Part shown: piece by piece, positions 1 through 9,511 of the stretch
Numbering within the stretch: position 1 is the stretch's first letter
How the letters are laid out: each line of letters opens with the position of its first letter
Virus record (IMG/VR): IMGVR_UViG_3300005330_000014
Span: 64,001-128,000 of that record
Length of the DNA: 64,000 bases
Direction: 5' to 3' (one strand)
Origin: a virus
Lineage: Duplodnaviria; Caudoviricetes
Position numbers and translations under genes: made by a program
Notes under the pieces: generated by a model
What the model was told of the DNA's origin: nothing
The model's input: the letters and a program-made list of their open reading frames with translations, nothing else
Databases searched by the model: none

Positions 1-326
1 TCAAGCATGGTTGGAATTCCTAATGCATGTAATTTTGATTTTGCTTTGGAAGATATTTTACTACTTTTCCCGAGGATATAATCATTTAAACTATTTTTGC
101 CCCGAATAGTCAAACGATTTTTACTAAAACCCTCCCATGCTCCACGCTCGGCCCATCTATCCAACATAATTTTAACATATTGTCTAGAAAATGGTTTCGC
201 CCGGCCAATGACCTGTGCAGTAATCCGCCCTATATCAGCTAAAGTATTGAATTTAATATCCGGGGAATTTCTTGCTAATTCAATCATGAACCTATGAATC
301 TTGCCCGGATTCTTAAAATGTTTCAT
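1..326 (-). CDS. hypothetical protein, runs off the left edge
   Basis: Read manually: ATG at 326, MKHFKNPGKIHRFMIELARNSPDIKF..., open to position 1; GAGG upstream; absent from the ORF track because no stop lies in the window. Confidence 0.7.
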   Translation of the reverse strand, partial: MKHFKNPGKIHRFMIELARNSPDIKFNTLADIGRITAQVIGRAKPFSRQYVKIMLDRWAERGAWEGFSKNRLTIRGKNSLNDYILGKSSKISSKAKSKLHALGIPTML

Positions 327-756
327 TATTTATTCCCCTCTTAGATTTTTAGATTTCAAGATAAAATTAGTTAATTAATTAGTTACTTAACTAAGTCATT
401 GAACATGATGCCAAATCGAATGATTGAATCAGAACATAGAAATTTGAAATTTGTTAAACTAAAATTAGCAAACAACCATTTAGTATTATGTTTGATTGCG
501 TTAAAAGACCATTTGAGCAGAATATATTTACGATACATAATTTAGTTTATTTGGTTATTAGTAAATTAATGTTTAGCCAGCCAATTATCAATGACCGCGC
601 GGATTTCTTTATAGTTATATTCTAAATGTTCAAAGTAAGTTACAACGTCCAATTCCGCCCAACCGTCGCAAAGCATTCCTTCCAGTAATTCAATTGGATT
701 CAAGCAAGATGATTTTGGTTGCATAAAAAAGTTTAGCAGCACAAACAGAAAGGAAA

Positions 757-987
757 ATGCAATTTGTTAATTATAAAGGAGGGAAATGTTGTTGCTGCGA
801 TTATGATAGATATTTAGGAGCGTTGGAATTCCATCATGTTGACCCTACTCAGAAAGATTTTGAATTATCTAATATTAAGTGTTACGTTTTAGAAACTATA
901 CAACAAGAATTAGATAAATGTATTCTACTTTGCTCTAATTGTCATCGAGAAGTGCATGGAGGTAACATATTAGTTATTGTAGAATGA
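757..987 (+). CDS. HNH endonuclease (short, possibly N-terminally truncated)
   Basis: CCCCDY...ALEFHHVDP...ELDKCILLCSNCHREVH, a typical phage HNH/Zn pattern; stop codon overlaps the tRNA-Lys 3' end. Confidence 0.85.
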   Translation: MQFVNYKGGKCCCCDYDRYLGALEFHHVDPTQKDFELSNIKCYVLETIQQELDKCILLCSNCHREVHGGNILVIVE

Positions 988-1058
988 ATCCGGTTGGATT
1001 TGAACCAACGTAAGGCAACTTAAAAGGTTGCTGCTAGACCGGACTTAGCGACGGATTC
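985..1058 (-). tRNA. tRNA-Lys(UUU), no encoded CCA
   Basis: Cloverleaf: GAATCCG/CGGATTC acceptor, GCTA/TAGC D stem, GCAAC-CTTTTAA-GTTGC anticodon arm, GTTGG-TTCAAAT-CCAAC T arm. Confidence 0.93.
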
Positions 1059-1085
1059 TTTTGAAATTGTTATTGTTTACTTAGT

Positions 1086-1496
1086 TTAGTTATTTACTGA
1101 ATATTCTCCGTAAACATAATTATTAGAACTTGCCACGCGAACCATTTCCCGGCCAAGCTCTTTGGCAAATCGGATCACGCTTTCAATTTTCTTGAATCGG
1201 CGCTTGGGTCCGTCGTACGTCATCGGCAGCACGGGGACAAGTTGCCCTTTTACCTTTTTAACTACCAGCACGAGAGGCTTTTTCTTTTCGTGATTAGTTA
1301 AAGATTTAATACGATCCAAGTAAGATTCTTGCGAAAGGCGGGACTGAATCACGGAAGGCCGAACAATCGGCAAAATGCGACGTTGCAAATTCCACGGCTT
1401 TTGCTTGTCGCTGGGATCAACGGAAATCATTTTTTCCTCGAAACGACGTTGCGCGGAAGGGATGCGATTAGTAGGGATAAACATGCGAGTGCTCAT
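1086..1496 (-). CDS. hypothetical basic protein
   Basis: ORF track; directly downstream of a promoter. Confidence 0.75.
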   Translation of the reverse strand: MSTRMFIPTNRIPSAQRRFEEKMISVDPSDKQKPWNLQRRILPIVRPSVIQSRLSQESYLDRIKSLTNHEKKKPLVLVVKKVKGQLVPVLPMTYDGPKRRFKKIESVIRFAKELGREMVRVASSNNYVYGEYSVNN

Positions 1497-1505
1497 AGTG
1501 TCATT

Positions 1506-1533
1506 ATTTTAGCATCTCAATTCCTACTGTCAA
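1506..1533 (-). promoter_or_regulatory. sigma70-like promoter
   Basis: TTGACA-N16-TAAAAT with extended TG and A-rich upstream AAAATAAATC. Confidence 0.8.
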
Positions 1534-1598
1534 GATTTATTTTAAAGATTTTTAAACCCTATTTTTGACTCTATTTCTTTGTTTTGTTTGTTTAAATC

Positions 1599-1790
1599 TT
1601 ACCATCGAATCAGTCTTCCTAAAGATACTAGCAATTCACTTAATTCGTTCGCGCGGACACATTCTGAAATTACTTCTTTAGTATAAGGATCACGGACAAC
1701 CCAATGAACAGGCCCGGTCGGATACTTAATTAACCAATTTTTAACTTCTTGGATTTCTGAGCGGCCATATCTAATCCAGTGACTATCCAT
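1599..1790 (-). CDS. hypothetical protein
   Basis: ORF track; co-oriented, tightly packed. Confidence 0.7.
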   Translation of the reverse strand: MDSHWIRYGRSEIQEVKNWLIKYPTGPVHWVVRDPYTKEVISECVRANELSELLVSLGRLIRW

Positions 1791-1807
1791 TACGTTGTTT
1801 ATTTAAA

Positions 1808-2098
1808 TTAAATTCCAAGAGGTTTAACCAATCCAAATCTTTTAATTATTCCAATCAACTGTTCTTTACTTAAAGCGTTAACAATACTGGCTTGCTGTGG
1901 CGTGCATCCGCCCGAGCCTAAAATTTTTTGCCTCAACATTAGTAAATTACTTTGTTCAAATATGGCGGGATTTATTGATGGAATTTTAAAAGTGAAAAGA
2001 TGCATATTACTTATTGTTCTTATTCTTATTGAGTGCTTAAAGAATTCCCTTGCAATGTCCGGGGCTGCCGTACTGAATTTCCCTATCTTTCCATTCAA
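1808..2098 (-). CDS. hypothetical protein
   Basis: ORF track; co-oriented. Confidence 0.65.
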   Translation of the reverse strand: MNGKIGKFSTAAPDIAREFFKHSIRIRTISNMHLFTFKIPSINPAIFEQSNLLMLRQKILGSGGCTPQQASIVNALSKEQLIGIIKRFGLVKPLGI

Positions 2099-2510
2099 CC
2101 CATTCCTTCCAAAGATTTACTAATTCATCAACTTGTTTCTGAGATTCTTCTTGCGCTTTGATGATATTATCAGTCAATTTTGCTTCGTATGCTTCCCCTT
2201 CTAATTTGAGCCGTGTATCAACCCTTACTTTTCTAATCAAATGGTTATCACGATATTTACTGATGATATGAACGCGCAATTTTCCTATTTTGAGTAGTTT
2301 TTCAGCTAAAACATTCTCTTCATCATCAAATACATCAGTAGATACGTCAACGTCACTAACTTCAATTATACTATCCAAGTCAATATGCCGCCCGAAGACT
2401 TTAACGATACGCGCTGGGCGCTCTGGTTTTTCAGTATTCATATTTTTATTTATATTTGTTTGATTGCAAGTGCAACCTGTTCCATCATCTTCTCCCTGAC
2501 AGCAACTCAT
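2037..2510 (-). CDS. hypothetical protein
   Basis: ORF track; co-oriented, overlaps the next gene. Confidence 0.7.
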   Translation of the reverse strand: MSCCQGEDDGTGCTCNQTNINKNMNTEKPERPARIVKVFGRHIDLDSIIEVSDVDVSTDVFDDEENVLAEKLLKIGKLRVHIISKYRDNHLIRKVRVDTRLKLEGEAYEAKLTDNIIKAQEESQKQVDELVNLWKEWVEWKDREIQYGSPGHCKGIL

Positions 2511-2561
2511 AAATTTGATTAGTTTTAGTTAGTTATTGATTGTTGATTGTTAGTTATTAAT

Positions 2562-2939
2562 TTAACAGGAGCCGGGGCAATATCCTTTTTGGCACCACAA
2601 TAATCCCTTTTCTAAATCCTTAATTAATTTCTTCATTTGATCTTCATTCATTGTCACATTTTCTTTCCCGCCTAAACCTAAAACCACATACGGTTCTTCA
2701 TATCCGCTAGCAACTAAACTAATTGTCTTATCTAAACTAAAATTTTCTTCATATTTGCATCCTGTTTCATATTCACATTTCCATTTCTCTAATTCGCGCA
2801 CAACCCAACAATCGCAGCCTCGCGAACAAATCTTTAATCCATAAATTACCTTTTTAGGATGCCGACATTTCTTCAAATCTGATTTTAACTCTGTTACTTG
2901 AGTTACTGTTAAATGATCGTTAATATTATAAGGTTTCAT
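2562..2939 (-). CDS. hypothetical Cys-rich protein
   Basis: ORF track; several Cys clusters. Confidence 0.7.
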   Translation of the reverse strand: MKPYNINDHLTVTQVTELKSDLKKCRHPKKVIYGLKICSRGCDCWVVRELEKWKCEYETGCKYEENFSLDKTISLVASGYEEPYVVLGLGGKENVTMNEDQMKKLIKDLEKGLLWCQKGYCPGSC

Positions 2940-2970
2940 AATTGAGTTTTAAAAAGTTAGTTAGTTAAAG

Positions 2971-3384
2971 TCAAACAATAAAGAACATCACGGGCACCAA
3001 TTCTTGGAGCATTTTATTAAATCTTAGAACATTATTAATATGAGTTTCAGTATACTCTTTGTTATTAAAATCTCCATTATCTACCATCACTTGGAAGTCG
3101 CGTGCCAATCTTCCAATATTATTAATTTTAAGAACTAGATTATCAAAACCCAGCGCGCGGAGTTCGTCTCCAAAATATTTAACTAACATTTCGCATGGAG
3201 AGGCAAGATTATGCCACATAAAGCCGCCGAAATCCCCGGACTGAATATCCGCGCCGATTCGCTCGGGCAACAATTCAATTTCTCTTTTAATATGATTGGC
3301 GTAACGATTGCCAATGATGATGACGGATTCGCGCGGGGCAGTTGTATTTGTGCAATAACGAGTAGTTGGTTGATTAGTATTCAT
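2971..3384 (-). CDS. hypothetical protein
   Basis: ORF track; co-oriented. Confidence 0.75.
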   Translation of the reverse strand: MNTNQPTTRYCTNTTAPRESVIIIGNRYANHIKREIELLPERIGADIQSGDFGGFMWHNLASPCEMLVKYFGDELRALGFDNLVLKINNIGRLARDFQVMVDNGDFNNKEYTETHINNVLRFNKMLQELVPVMFFIV

Positions 3385-3422
3385 TAGTTTAGTTTGGTTT
3401 TTTAGTTAATTGTTTTTATTTG

Positions 3423-3800
3423 TTATTCCCCAATTTGTTCTAGTTTGTGATCCCAATATTCAATAAATGTAATGAATCTAGTAGGGATTACATCGCACAG
3501 ACAACTGTTAAAAACTTCATCATAAAATTGATCAATTGTTTTCACCATATACTGAATGAAGTTTTTTAAATCAGTATCATCATATTGAATTAGCGCAATA
3601 TTATGCAAATTTTCTTCCAAATCAGCTAAATCATTAATTGTATATTCCCTATATTCATGATTCCGGGGCAAATAACAAACGTTGCGGCCCTGAAATCCAA
3701 TTTTTTCACGCAATTTATCCGCCGCGATTGCTACTTGGATTAATTGACGCTGTTCCTGTTTAGAAACAGTTAATTGTGATTGTGATTTCTTGGCTTTCAT
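3423..3800 (-). CDS. hypothetical protein
   Basis: ORF track; co-oriented. Confidence 0.75.
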   Translation of the reverse strand: MKAKKSQSQLTVSKQEQRQLIQVAIAADKLREKIGFQGRNVCYLPRNHEYREYTINDLADLEENLHNIALIQYDDTDLKNFIQYMVKTIDQFYDEVFNSCLCDVIPTRFITFIEYWDHKLEQIGE

Positions 3801-3825
3801 ATTATTTGTTATTATTTCTAGTTAA

Positions 3826-4320
3826 TTAGTCAGTTATTTCGTTGGTTATCAGAAGTATATTCCGGGCGATTTCTCTATAGTTATTAATAAATTGTTTATA
3901 AGTCGCACTAATTCTTGATAGGTTAAATAAAGCATTAGTAATTGAAGATCGTTTATTGCCACGGAATATCTTAAATCCCCAACGATAAATTTGATCATTT
4001 AGTTTATCTAGTTTGGCTTGAACTTCATTAGTTAATTGAAATCCATGACAAAAATAAGAGCGGCACATGATAGCTTTAACAGTGCATCCGCGCGGGCCAA
4101 GATACGGGCAGCCGCCGCAACAAAATAGAGCGCCACCATTATGCTTATCTTGTTTGCGCCCGCATTTACCCTCACAAACATTACAATAGTTATACTTTTT
4201 CACATAACCCACAGCAATCTTATACAAACGTTCAAATACTCTATTAAGTAAGTAGTATTGACGTTCCAGTGGCAATTTACTCCACCGCTTTAAAATTTGT
4301 TCAATAGTCGGGCGGCTCAT
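3826..4320 (-). CDS. Cys-rich putative metal-binding protein
   Basis: CNVCEGKC...CCGGCPYLGPRGCTVKAIMCRSYFC. Confidence 0.6.
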   Translation of the reverse strand: MSRPTIEQILKRWSKLPLERQYYLLNRVFERLYKIAVGYVKKYNYCNVCEGKCGRKQDKHNGGALFCCGGCPYLGPRGCTVKAIMCRSYFCHGFQLTNEVQAKLDKLNDQIYRWGFKIFRGNKRSSITNALFNLSRISATYKQFINNYREIARNILLITNEITD

Positions 4321-4332
4321 TGTGTTAGTTAG

Positions 4333-4593
4333 TTAATTTATTAAATCTGATTCATCGTAAATCTTCGTAACATCCAAATTATCCAATATCCACCGAATCA
4401 TTATGTCTTTATTTTTAAAGGAAATCGGCGGCATCGGAAGGCTTGCAATAGCTAAATCACTTGTTCTATTAAAACAAAGGGTATTGTTAATATCGTGCCA
4501 ATATTCCCCAAAGTATCTATTATTAACAATTAACTCAGTATAACAATAAGGATTACTTCCTTGTAGTTTTTTGTGAGTAATTGAAAGCATCAT
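4333..4593 (-). CDS. hypothetical protein
   Basis: ORF track; co-oriented. Confidence 0.7.
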   Translation of the reverse strand: MMLSITHKKLQGSNPYCYTELIVNNRYFGEYWHDINNTLCFNRTSDLAIASLPMPPISFKNKDIMIRWILDNLDVTKIYDESDLIN

Positions 4594-4601
4594 ACTGATT
4601 A

Positions 4602-4829
4602 CTATGTTTGATAAAATTCGCGCGTAGATTGTTCAGTAAATTTTTCCGCCGTATTTTCCTTCAGTATATGATTCGCGCGGCTAACTATACAAGTATCTCG
4701 ATGCTTATAACCATCGTTTCTATATTCTAAATACCCGCAAGATAAGCATTCCATATTTTCACTATCATAACATAGTGATCCGTTGTTTTCTACTATTTCT
4801 TCAAGAATTTTTCTAATTTCTTCATTCAT
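4602..4829 (-). CDS. hypothetical protein (CxxC...H..C)
   Basis: ORF track; ECLSCG...HRDTC. Confidence 0.7.
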   Translation of the reverse strand: MNEEIRKILEEIVENNGSLCYDSENMECLSCGYLEYRNDGYKHRDTCIVSRANHILKENTAEKFTEQSTREFYQT

Positions 4830-4970
4830 AATATTAAGTTTAGTTAGAATGCGCGGCTACAAATCTGTTAATATTACTACTTAATTTAGTTAAGAATTCC
4901 GAGATTGTTAAAAGTAGTAAACGGTACGGTTTGGGAAGCATTTAATTAATTAGTTAAATAATTGGTTAAT

Positions 4971-5318
4971 TTATTGAGTAGCTAAAATGTTATGATTTTT
5001 CTTATCCCCGTTTAATCTAGCCACCATTTCTAGAGCCAACGCATAAGTCTCGCGGGATTCAAAATGACTGTCACAAACTTCATAAATTTCCCGCGCGGGC
5101 ATTTGGTCAATTTCCCGACTTTCCGCGTCTAGCAAAGTTACAATCTCATTATTAACCCATTGTTTTTCAGTTAATCCGGCGAGTTCCAGTTCTCGCGCGG
5201 ACGGAACATAAGAACCTGAATTCCACAACTTAATATCATATTCAAATCCTTCATTGGTAGTGATTTTGATAATCGTGCCGTAGTACTTACCTTTTAATTC
5301 TTGAAGAACTGCTTTCAT
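4971..5318 (-). CDS. hypothetical protein
   Basis: ORF track; co-oriented. Confidence 0.75.
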   Translation of the reverse strand: MKAVLQELKGKYYGTIIKITTNEGFEYDIKLWNSGSYVPSARELELAGLTEKQWVNNEIVTLLDAESREIDQMPAREIYEVCDSHFESRETYALALEMVARLNGDKKNHNILATQ

Positions 5319-5330
5319 ATTATTAGTTAT

Positions 5331-5894
5331 TTACTTCTTTGAAGTTAAGATGCCGTTCAATGGGACTGTGGCGCATTTCACACAGCACACAGTAATATTT
5401 TTAATATGATTATTACCTAATTTATTAATTCGGACATATTTTCCCTCCCGGTCGCAACGTTCGCCATTGCGCCCGGTTTTACAGCGTAATGTGCCAAGCT
5501 GGGCGCAAATCTTATCCGCTTCATCGTCATCTTGAAATGGGCGGAATCCGTCGCGAAGCTGAGTCCCTTTAGGACAAATCAACTTCACTCGCGGAGTTTT
5601 AGTTTTAAATGTTTTATAAGCTGCAAAAATTTCATCATGCTCAGGGAAATCAACAATTTGAAAATCCTTATCAATAAGCAGTTTAGTTAGTTCAGCATTC
5701 TTGCGCCGGTCGCCGGGAGTCTTAGGCGTTTGAATAATAACACTATTAATAGAAATTTCCTTGCCATTCTGCACAAAACGAATTACCCTTTTATTCTTTT
5801 TATTAGTAAAATCGGGAAGGGTGGCATTGTAAGTTTTTCCTACTTTAAATGGAGTGCCCCAGCGATTAAAGGATGGAAGTAGTTGGATTTTCAT
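5331..5894 (-). CDS. hypothetical protein with C-terminal Cys cluster
   Basis: ORF track; co-oriented. Confidence 0.75.
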   Translation of the reverse strand: MKIQLLPSFNRWGTPFKVGKTYNATLPDFTNKKNKRVIRFVQNGKEISINSVIIQTPKTPGDRRKNAELTKLLIDKDFQIVDFPEHDEIFAAYKTFKTKTPRVKLICPKGTQLRDGFRPFQDDDEADKICAQLGTLRCKTGRNGERCDREGKYVRINKLGNNHIKNITVCCVKCATVPLNGILTSKK

Positions 5895-6061
5895 GATTTA
5901 ATTATTTAGATTAAGTTGATTATAGTTGATTACTTGGCTTGTGTATCAATTACAAATTTGCCAAACAAAACTTCAAAACGTGCGCCCTTAAATTGTTTAG
6001 CTTTGTCTTGTTTGGACAGACGATTGCGACGAATAACAGGTTTAGAATTTTTCATAATCCA

Positions 6062-6090
6062 ACCTTAAACCCTGAGCCGCGCGGCGTCAA
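6062..6090 (-). promoter_or_regulatory. sigma70-like promoter, likely leaderless; palindromic GCCGCGCGGC in the spacer
   Basis: TTGACG-N17-TAAGGT, then 6 nt to an ATG at 6055 (41-aa ORF). Confidence 0.7.
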
Positions 6091-6118
6091 GATTTAATTT
6101 TGCCTTTGTTTATGGAAA

Positions 6119-6454
6119 TTATAGGACTTGAAATGCCTCGGGCAGCTTAATTGTTTCTCGTTTATTATCTTGTTTGATTTGTTCTGCGAGCCATTTATTA
6201 AAATTCAAATCATAATCATCACCCAACTTTTCTAGTTTGCCATTAGAATCTTTTTCGGGAACAATTGGTTTTTTATTTTCAATTCTATATATTACTTCAT
6301 TAAAGAAGTCCGCGCCGAATCGCGTGGAGAAAATTAAGGTTTTTTGATAACGATTATGAAATTTAATTTTTAGTTTAACCCAATTGACCCCATAATTCTT
6401 ACCACTTTTATTAAGAATGGGTAAAGCTGTTTTGGCGAATTGAAGAGGATTCAT
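6119..6454 (-). CDS. hypothetical protein
   Basis: ORF track; co-oriented. Confidence 0.75.
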   Translation of the reverse strand: MNPLQFAKTALPILNKSGKNYGVNWVKLKIKFHNRYQKTLIFSTRFGADFFNEVIYRIENKKPIVPEKDSNGKLEKLGDDYDLNFNKWLAEQIKQDNKRETIKLPEAFQVL

Positions 6455-6458
6455 AAAA

Positions 6459-6881
6459 TTATTTAGTTAACAAAATTCTAATCAATTCATCAGTTACTTC
6501 ACTCAATGAGTGGCCGCGCGAGGCATTCAATTTCAATGGATTATGAGTAACCATTTCATCATAAACTTTTTGACTGACAGTATCAATTGACTTTCTATTA
6601 AGATAATCAACGCACGGATTATCTAGAAAGAAATAAATTAATTGTTTACCGCAAGAACATTGCCAGTGCGATTGGAAAATAGACGCCCATACATAACCAT
6701 TATTAATCCATACTTTAGTTTGTTCTAAGCTAGGATAATGATAGTAATTGGGATGTTCAATATATTCTTTTAATTCTGATACTTGCCCGAAATGTTTGCC
6801 ATAACCAATACATTTAAAATCGCAAACATGAGGGATTGGCGGGGCCGGACGGAAGAAACTGAGAAACTTTTTAAGTGTCAT
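6459..6881 (-). CDS. hypothetical protein
   Basis: ORF track; co-oriented. Confidence 0.75.
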   Translation of the reverse strand: MTLKKFLSFFRPAPPIPHVCDFKCIGYGKHFGQVSELKEYIEHPNYYHYPSLEQTKVWINNGYVWASIFQSHWQCSCGKQLIYFFLDNPCVDYLNRKSIDTVSQKVYDEMVTHNPLKLNASRGHSLSEVTDELIRILLTK

Positions 6882-6894
6882 AGAATTAGTTTAG

Positions 6895-7185
6895 TTAACT
6901 TTGCCGTAAGGCTTCATCCACTTTAGTAATATCCCCCGAAAGCAATTCTGCCTCAAAAGGTAGCGGAGCAATACTATCCAGCAAAAACACTTCCAATTCG
7001 TGCAGATTCATTTTAAATTTTGAATCAAAAGAGTGATCTTTTTTAAGTTTAGTTAGTTTATCACGTAATCGTTTAACGCGGCAGGCCACGTTACAAACAA
7101 TCGCTGGGGCTTTCCGCGCGATTTCTTCATCAGGGGAATAAGTCCGCGCGCCGATAGGATCAGTTATTTCTTCTTTAGTTTTCAT
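6895..7185 (-). CDS. hypothetical protein
   Basis: ORF track; co-oriented. Confidence 0.7.
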   Translation of the reverse strand: MKTKEEITDPIGARTYSPDEEIARKAPAIVCNVACRVKRLRDKLTKLKKDHSFDSKFKMNLHELEVFLLDSIAPLPFEAELLSGDITKVDEALRQS

Positions 7186-7187
7186 AA

Positions 7188-7478
7188 TCAGTCTTTTTTG
7201 GGCGGCATTGCAAATCCAACTATTTGATTATCCAGTCCTCGCGTCTGAAGATTTTTAGCTAAATGAACAATCGCGCCCATAGCTTCTTCGCTAAAAGCGG
7301 TAGTATGTGAATCAATTTTCTTTGTTCCGTCAAACTGCCGAGCCAGCGAGCGGGTTTTAATAATAAATTCAATTTTGCCATTTCGCGTTTTGTGCATTGT
7401 GACGCCCAGCCGCCGATTGAGCATTTTAATTACAGCGCCCGAGAATGAATTTGGCTTTAATTTACGTGGAGTTTTCAT
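7188..7478 (-). CDS. hypothetical protein
   Basis: ORF track; co-oriented. Confidence 0.7.
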   Translation of the reverse strand: MKTPRKLKPNSFSGAVIKMLNRRLGVTMHKTRNGKIEFIIKTRSLARQFDGTKKIDSHTTAFSEEAMGAIVHLAKNLQTRGLDNQIVGFAMPPKKD

Positions 7479-7495
7479 AATATTATATTTTTAGT

Positions 7496-7873
7496 TTATT
7501 GATTTGTTTCTCTGAATGTTTCTAAATGGCTAATCTTAAGTAATTCTCTAAAACTTAAATGAGGATTAAATACTCTAATTCCTTCAAATTTAAATCCTTC
7601 CATGATTTCATGTTCAATGGTTGCGCGGAATGCTGCATAAGCCGTTTTAACTATTTCATCTTCTGACATGTAATCACTAAGATACCATTTGCGCCCGTTC
7701 CATGTTTTCAATTCCCCGGATTTAGTACATTTACTTTGATATTTACATTGAATGAATATCCGCCCAGTTTTAGGATGTTTCAAATCGCGGGCAACAAAGA
7801 AAGTAACTGGAGTATCTAAAACGCTGGCAGAACATAATTGAACAATCGCGCGGATATCTTTAAGAGTTTTCAT
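7496..7873 (-). CDS. conserved phage hypothetical protein
   Basis: GRKWYLSDYM...EIVKTAYAA...EHEIMEGFKF..IRVFNPH pattern recalled from phage proteins. Confidence 0.75.
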   Translation of the reverse strand: MKTLKDIRAIVQLCSASVLDTPVTFFVARDLKHPKTGRIFIQCKYQSKCTKSGELKTWNGRKWYLSDYMSEDEIVKTAYAAFRATIEHEIMEGFKFEGIRVFNPHLSFRELLKISHLETFRETNQ

Positions 7874-7888
7874 AAAATTATTTGATAG

Positions 7889-9409
7889 TTACTTACTTGC
7901 TTTAATTGCGTCAGTGATTTCTTTGCGCCGCTTCATTACTCGAATCATCAGCATTGTGAATAAAGAGCTAAATGATTCGTTATGATATTGGCAATCTGGT
8001 AAACAATGGGTCGCTTCGTGGCAAGCCAATACAATCATTTCATAATGATCATCTTTAGAATTAACTGAGAATTTAAGTTTTAAATCTTTAGTTATTGGAT
8101 TGAGCAGGAGATAATGCACTCCTTCATCGTGCAAATGAACGGCGTGCGTGCTTTCCCCTTCTTCTTCATCGGAGAAAACCCATCCCACGGCAAATCCAAA
8201 TGATTGTTTAGTATAATTAGATAATTCATCCATTACAATTTGACAAACAGCGAACCATTGACGCAAGAGTTGATAACGCGTGGCATCCCGATTCGCCCAT
8301 TTCTCAGGCATGTAAAAAGTCTTAATTAGTTGTACAGTTTTGGGATCATTACTTTCATTTAGCACCATCATCGACGCTAAAATTGGATCAGTTTGATATA
8401 CGGGCAAAACTTCCCGGTCAATGGGATTCGCGCCGAAACTAATAATAGTAGAATCACTAGTTGTTCCACTAGAATTAAGTATTTGTTTAGTTACAGTTTC
8501 TTCTGTCCATTTTTTCGATTCGACAATTTCCCCCGATACGTCTTCGATTTTAATTTTTTCGCTAGGGCGGGATTTAAAACATACTTCTTTATTAACGAAT
8601 TTCTTAAAATGGCGAGTTTTATCTTTTAATGCACTTTTAGTATCCGCCGCCAATTCACCAAGAAAAGAATCTAGTTCTTTTTTATATTCCCATTTCAAAC
8701 CATCTCGATTAGACGTTAGACATTCTTTTGCTTTGTCGGGATCAATTTCTATAATTACTTGCACTTTAATAGAAATCGCATGATCAAACATATACATGCC
8801 ACCAGCACGAACAATTAATTGAGAATTTTCAGCAGATTTATTAACCCATACATCCCCAAAACTCAATTGTCGTACCAATTTCCCGCGCCTTAAGTTATTT
8901 GAATATCTATCTCCATTGATATAAACAGTTTGAGGCAAACTAGAACGATCAATTATATATTTAATATGGGAAACCCAATTGGATTGCTCTACATCAATTT
9001 CAAATGTGCAACCTTTATGAAAACTACTTCTTTTGTTTTTAATTTCGTAAGCCGCGCCGCATCCCTCTACCAAATAATCGCTGGAAGAAATAACATACTT
9101 ATTAGCTGAAAAACAAATTAAATTGCGCGCAATTCCTAGTCCTCCTACTTCCCCAAAACCTTTGGAAGATTCACCTAATACTAAAAATACATTTTGCAGA
9201 ACATCGCGAGACATTCCCGCGCCGTTATCAGAACAAATAATTCGATTGCTATCTTTTATTTCTTCAACGTGAAAATCAATTCTAGTAGCGTTTAGATTGC
9301 GAGCACTGGCATTTTGCAATAATTCTCGAATCGTGGCCGTGTGCCAATTGGCATAAGCGCGCTTTTCATGAGCGAACCAAGAGGGGCCGATAGTGAGAGT
9401 ATTTTTCAT
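7889..9409 (-). CDS. GHKL (Hsp90/MORC-like) ATPase fused to a C-terminal HExxH zincin-like domain
   Basis: RELLQN (N box), SDNGAGM (G1), GGLGIA (G2); C-terminal LACHEATHC...HNESF. Confidence 0.8.
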   Translation of the reverse strand: MKNTLTIGPSWFAHEKRAYANWHTATIRELLQNASARNLNATRIDFHVEEIKDSNRIICSDNGAGMSRDVLQNVFLVLGESSKGFGEVGGLGIARNLICFSANKYVISSSDYLVEGCGAAYEIKNKRSSFHKGCTFEIDVEQSNWVSHIKYIIDRSSLPQTVYINGDRYSNNLRRGKLVRQLSFGDVWVNKSAENSQLIVRAGGMYMFDHAISIKVQVIIEIDPDKAKECLTSNRDGLKWEYKKELDSFLGELAADTKSALKDKTRHFKKFVNKEVCFKSRPSEKIKIEDVSGEIVESKKWTEETVTKQILNSSGTTSDSTIISFGANPIDREVLPVYQTDPILASMMVLNESNDPKTVQLIKTFYMPEKWANRDATRYQLLRQWFAVCQIVMDELSNYTKQSFGFAVGWVFSDEEEGESTHAVHLHDEGVHYLLLNPITKDLKLKFSVNSKDDHYEMIVLACHEATHCLPDCQYHNESFSSLFTMLMIRVMKRRKEITDAIKASK

Positions 9410-9415
9410 GTTCTC

Positions 9416-9443
9416 ATACTACCTATTCAAATCCCGCCGTCAA
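9416..9443 (-). promoter_or_regulatory. sigma70-like promoter, likely leaderless
   Basis: TTGACG-N16-TAGTAT, 6 nt to the ATG at 9409. Confidence 0.75.
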
Positions 9444-9511
9444 TGAAATAATTGCGAAAAATGCGAATTAATTTTCAGAATCCTTATAATTGCTAGAAAA
9501 CCGCAATTCCC

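Noticed and set aside
8393-8783. Plus-strand ORFs in the track (also 17667-18086, 41243-41590, 56534-56839, 63014-63241 and many shorter ones)
   Set aside because: Antisense shadows of well-supported minus-strand genes, with no motifs and no independent promoter.
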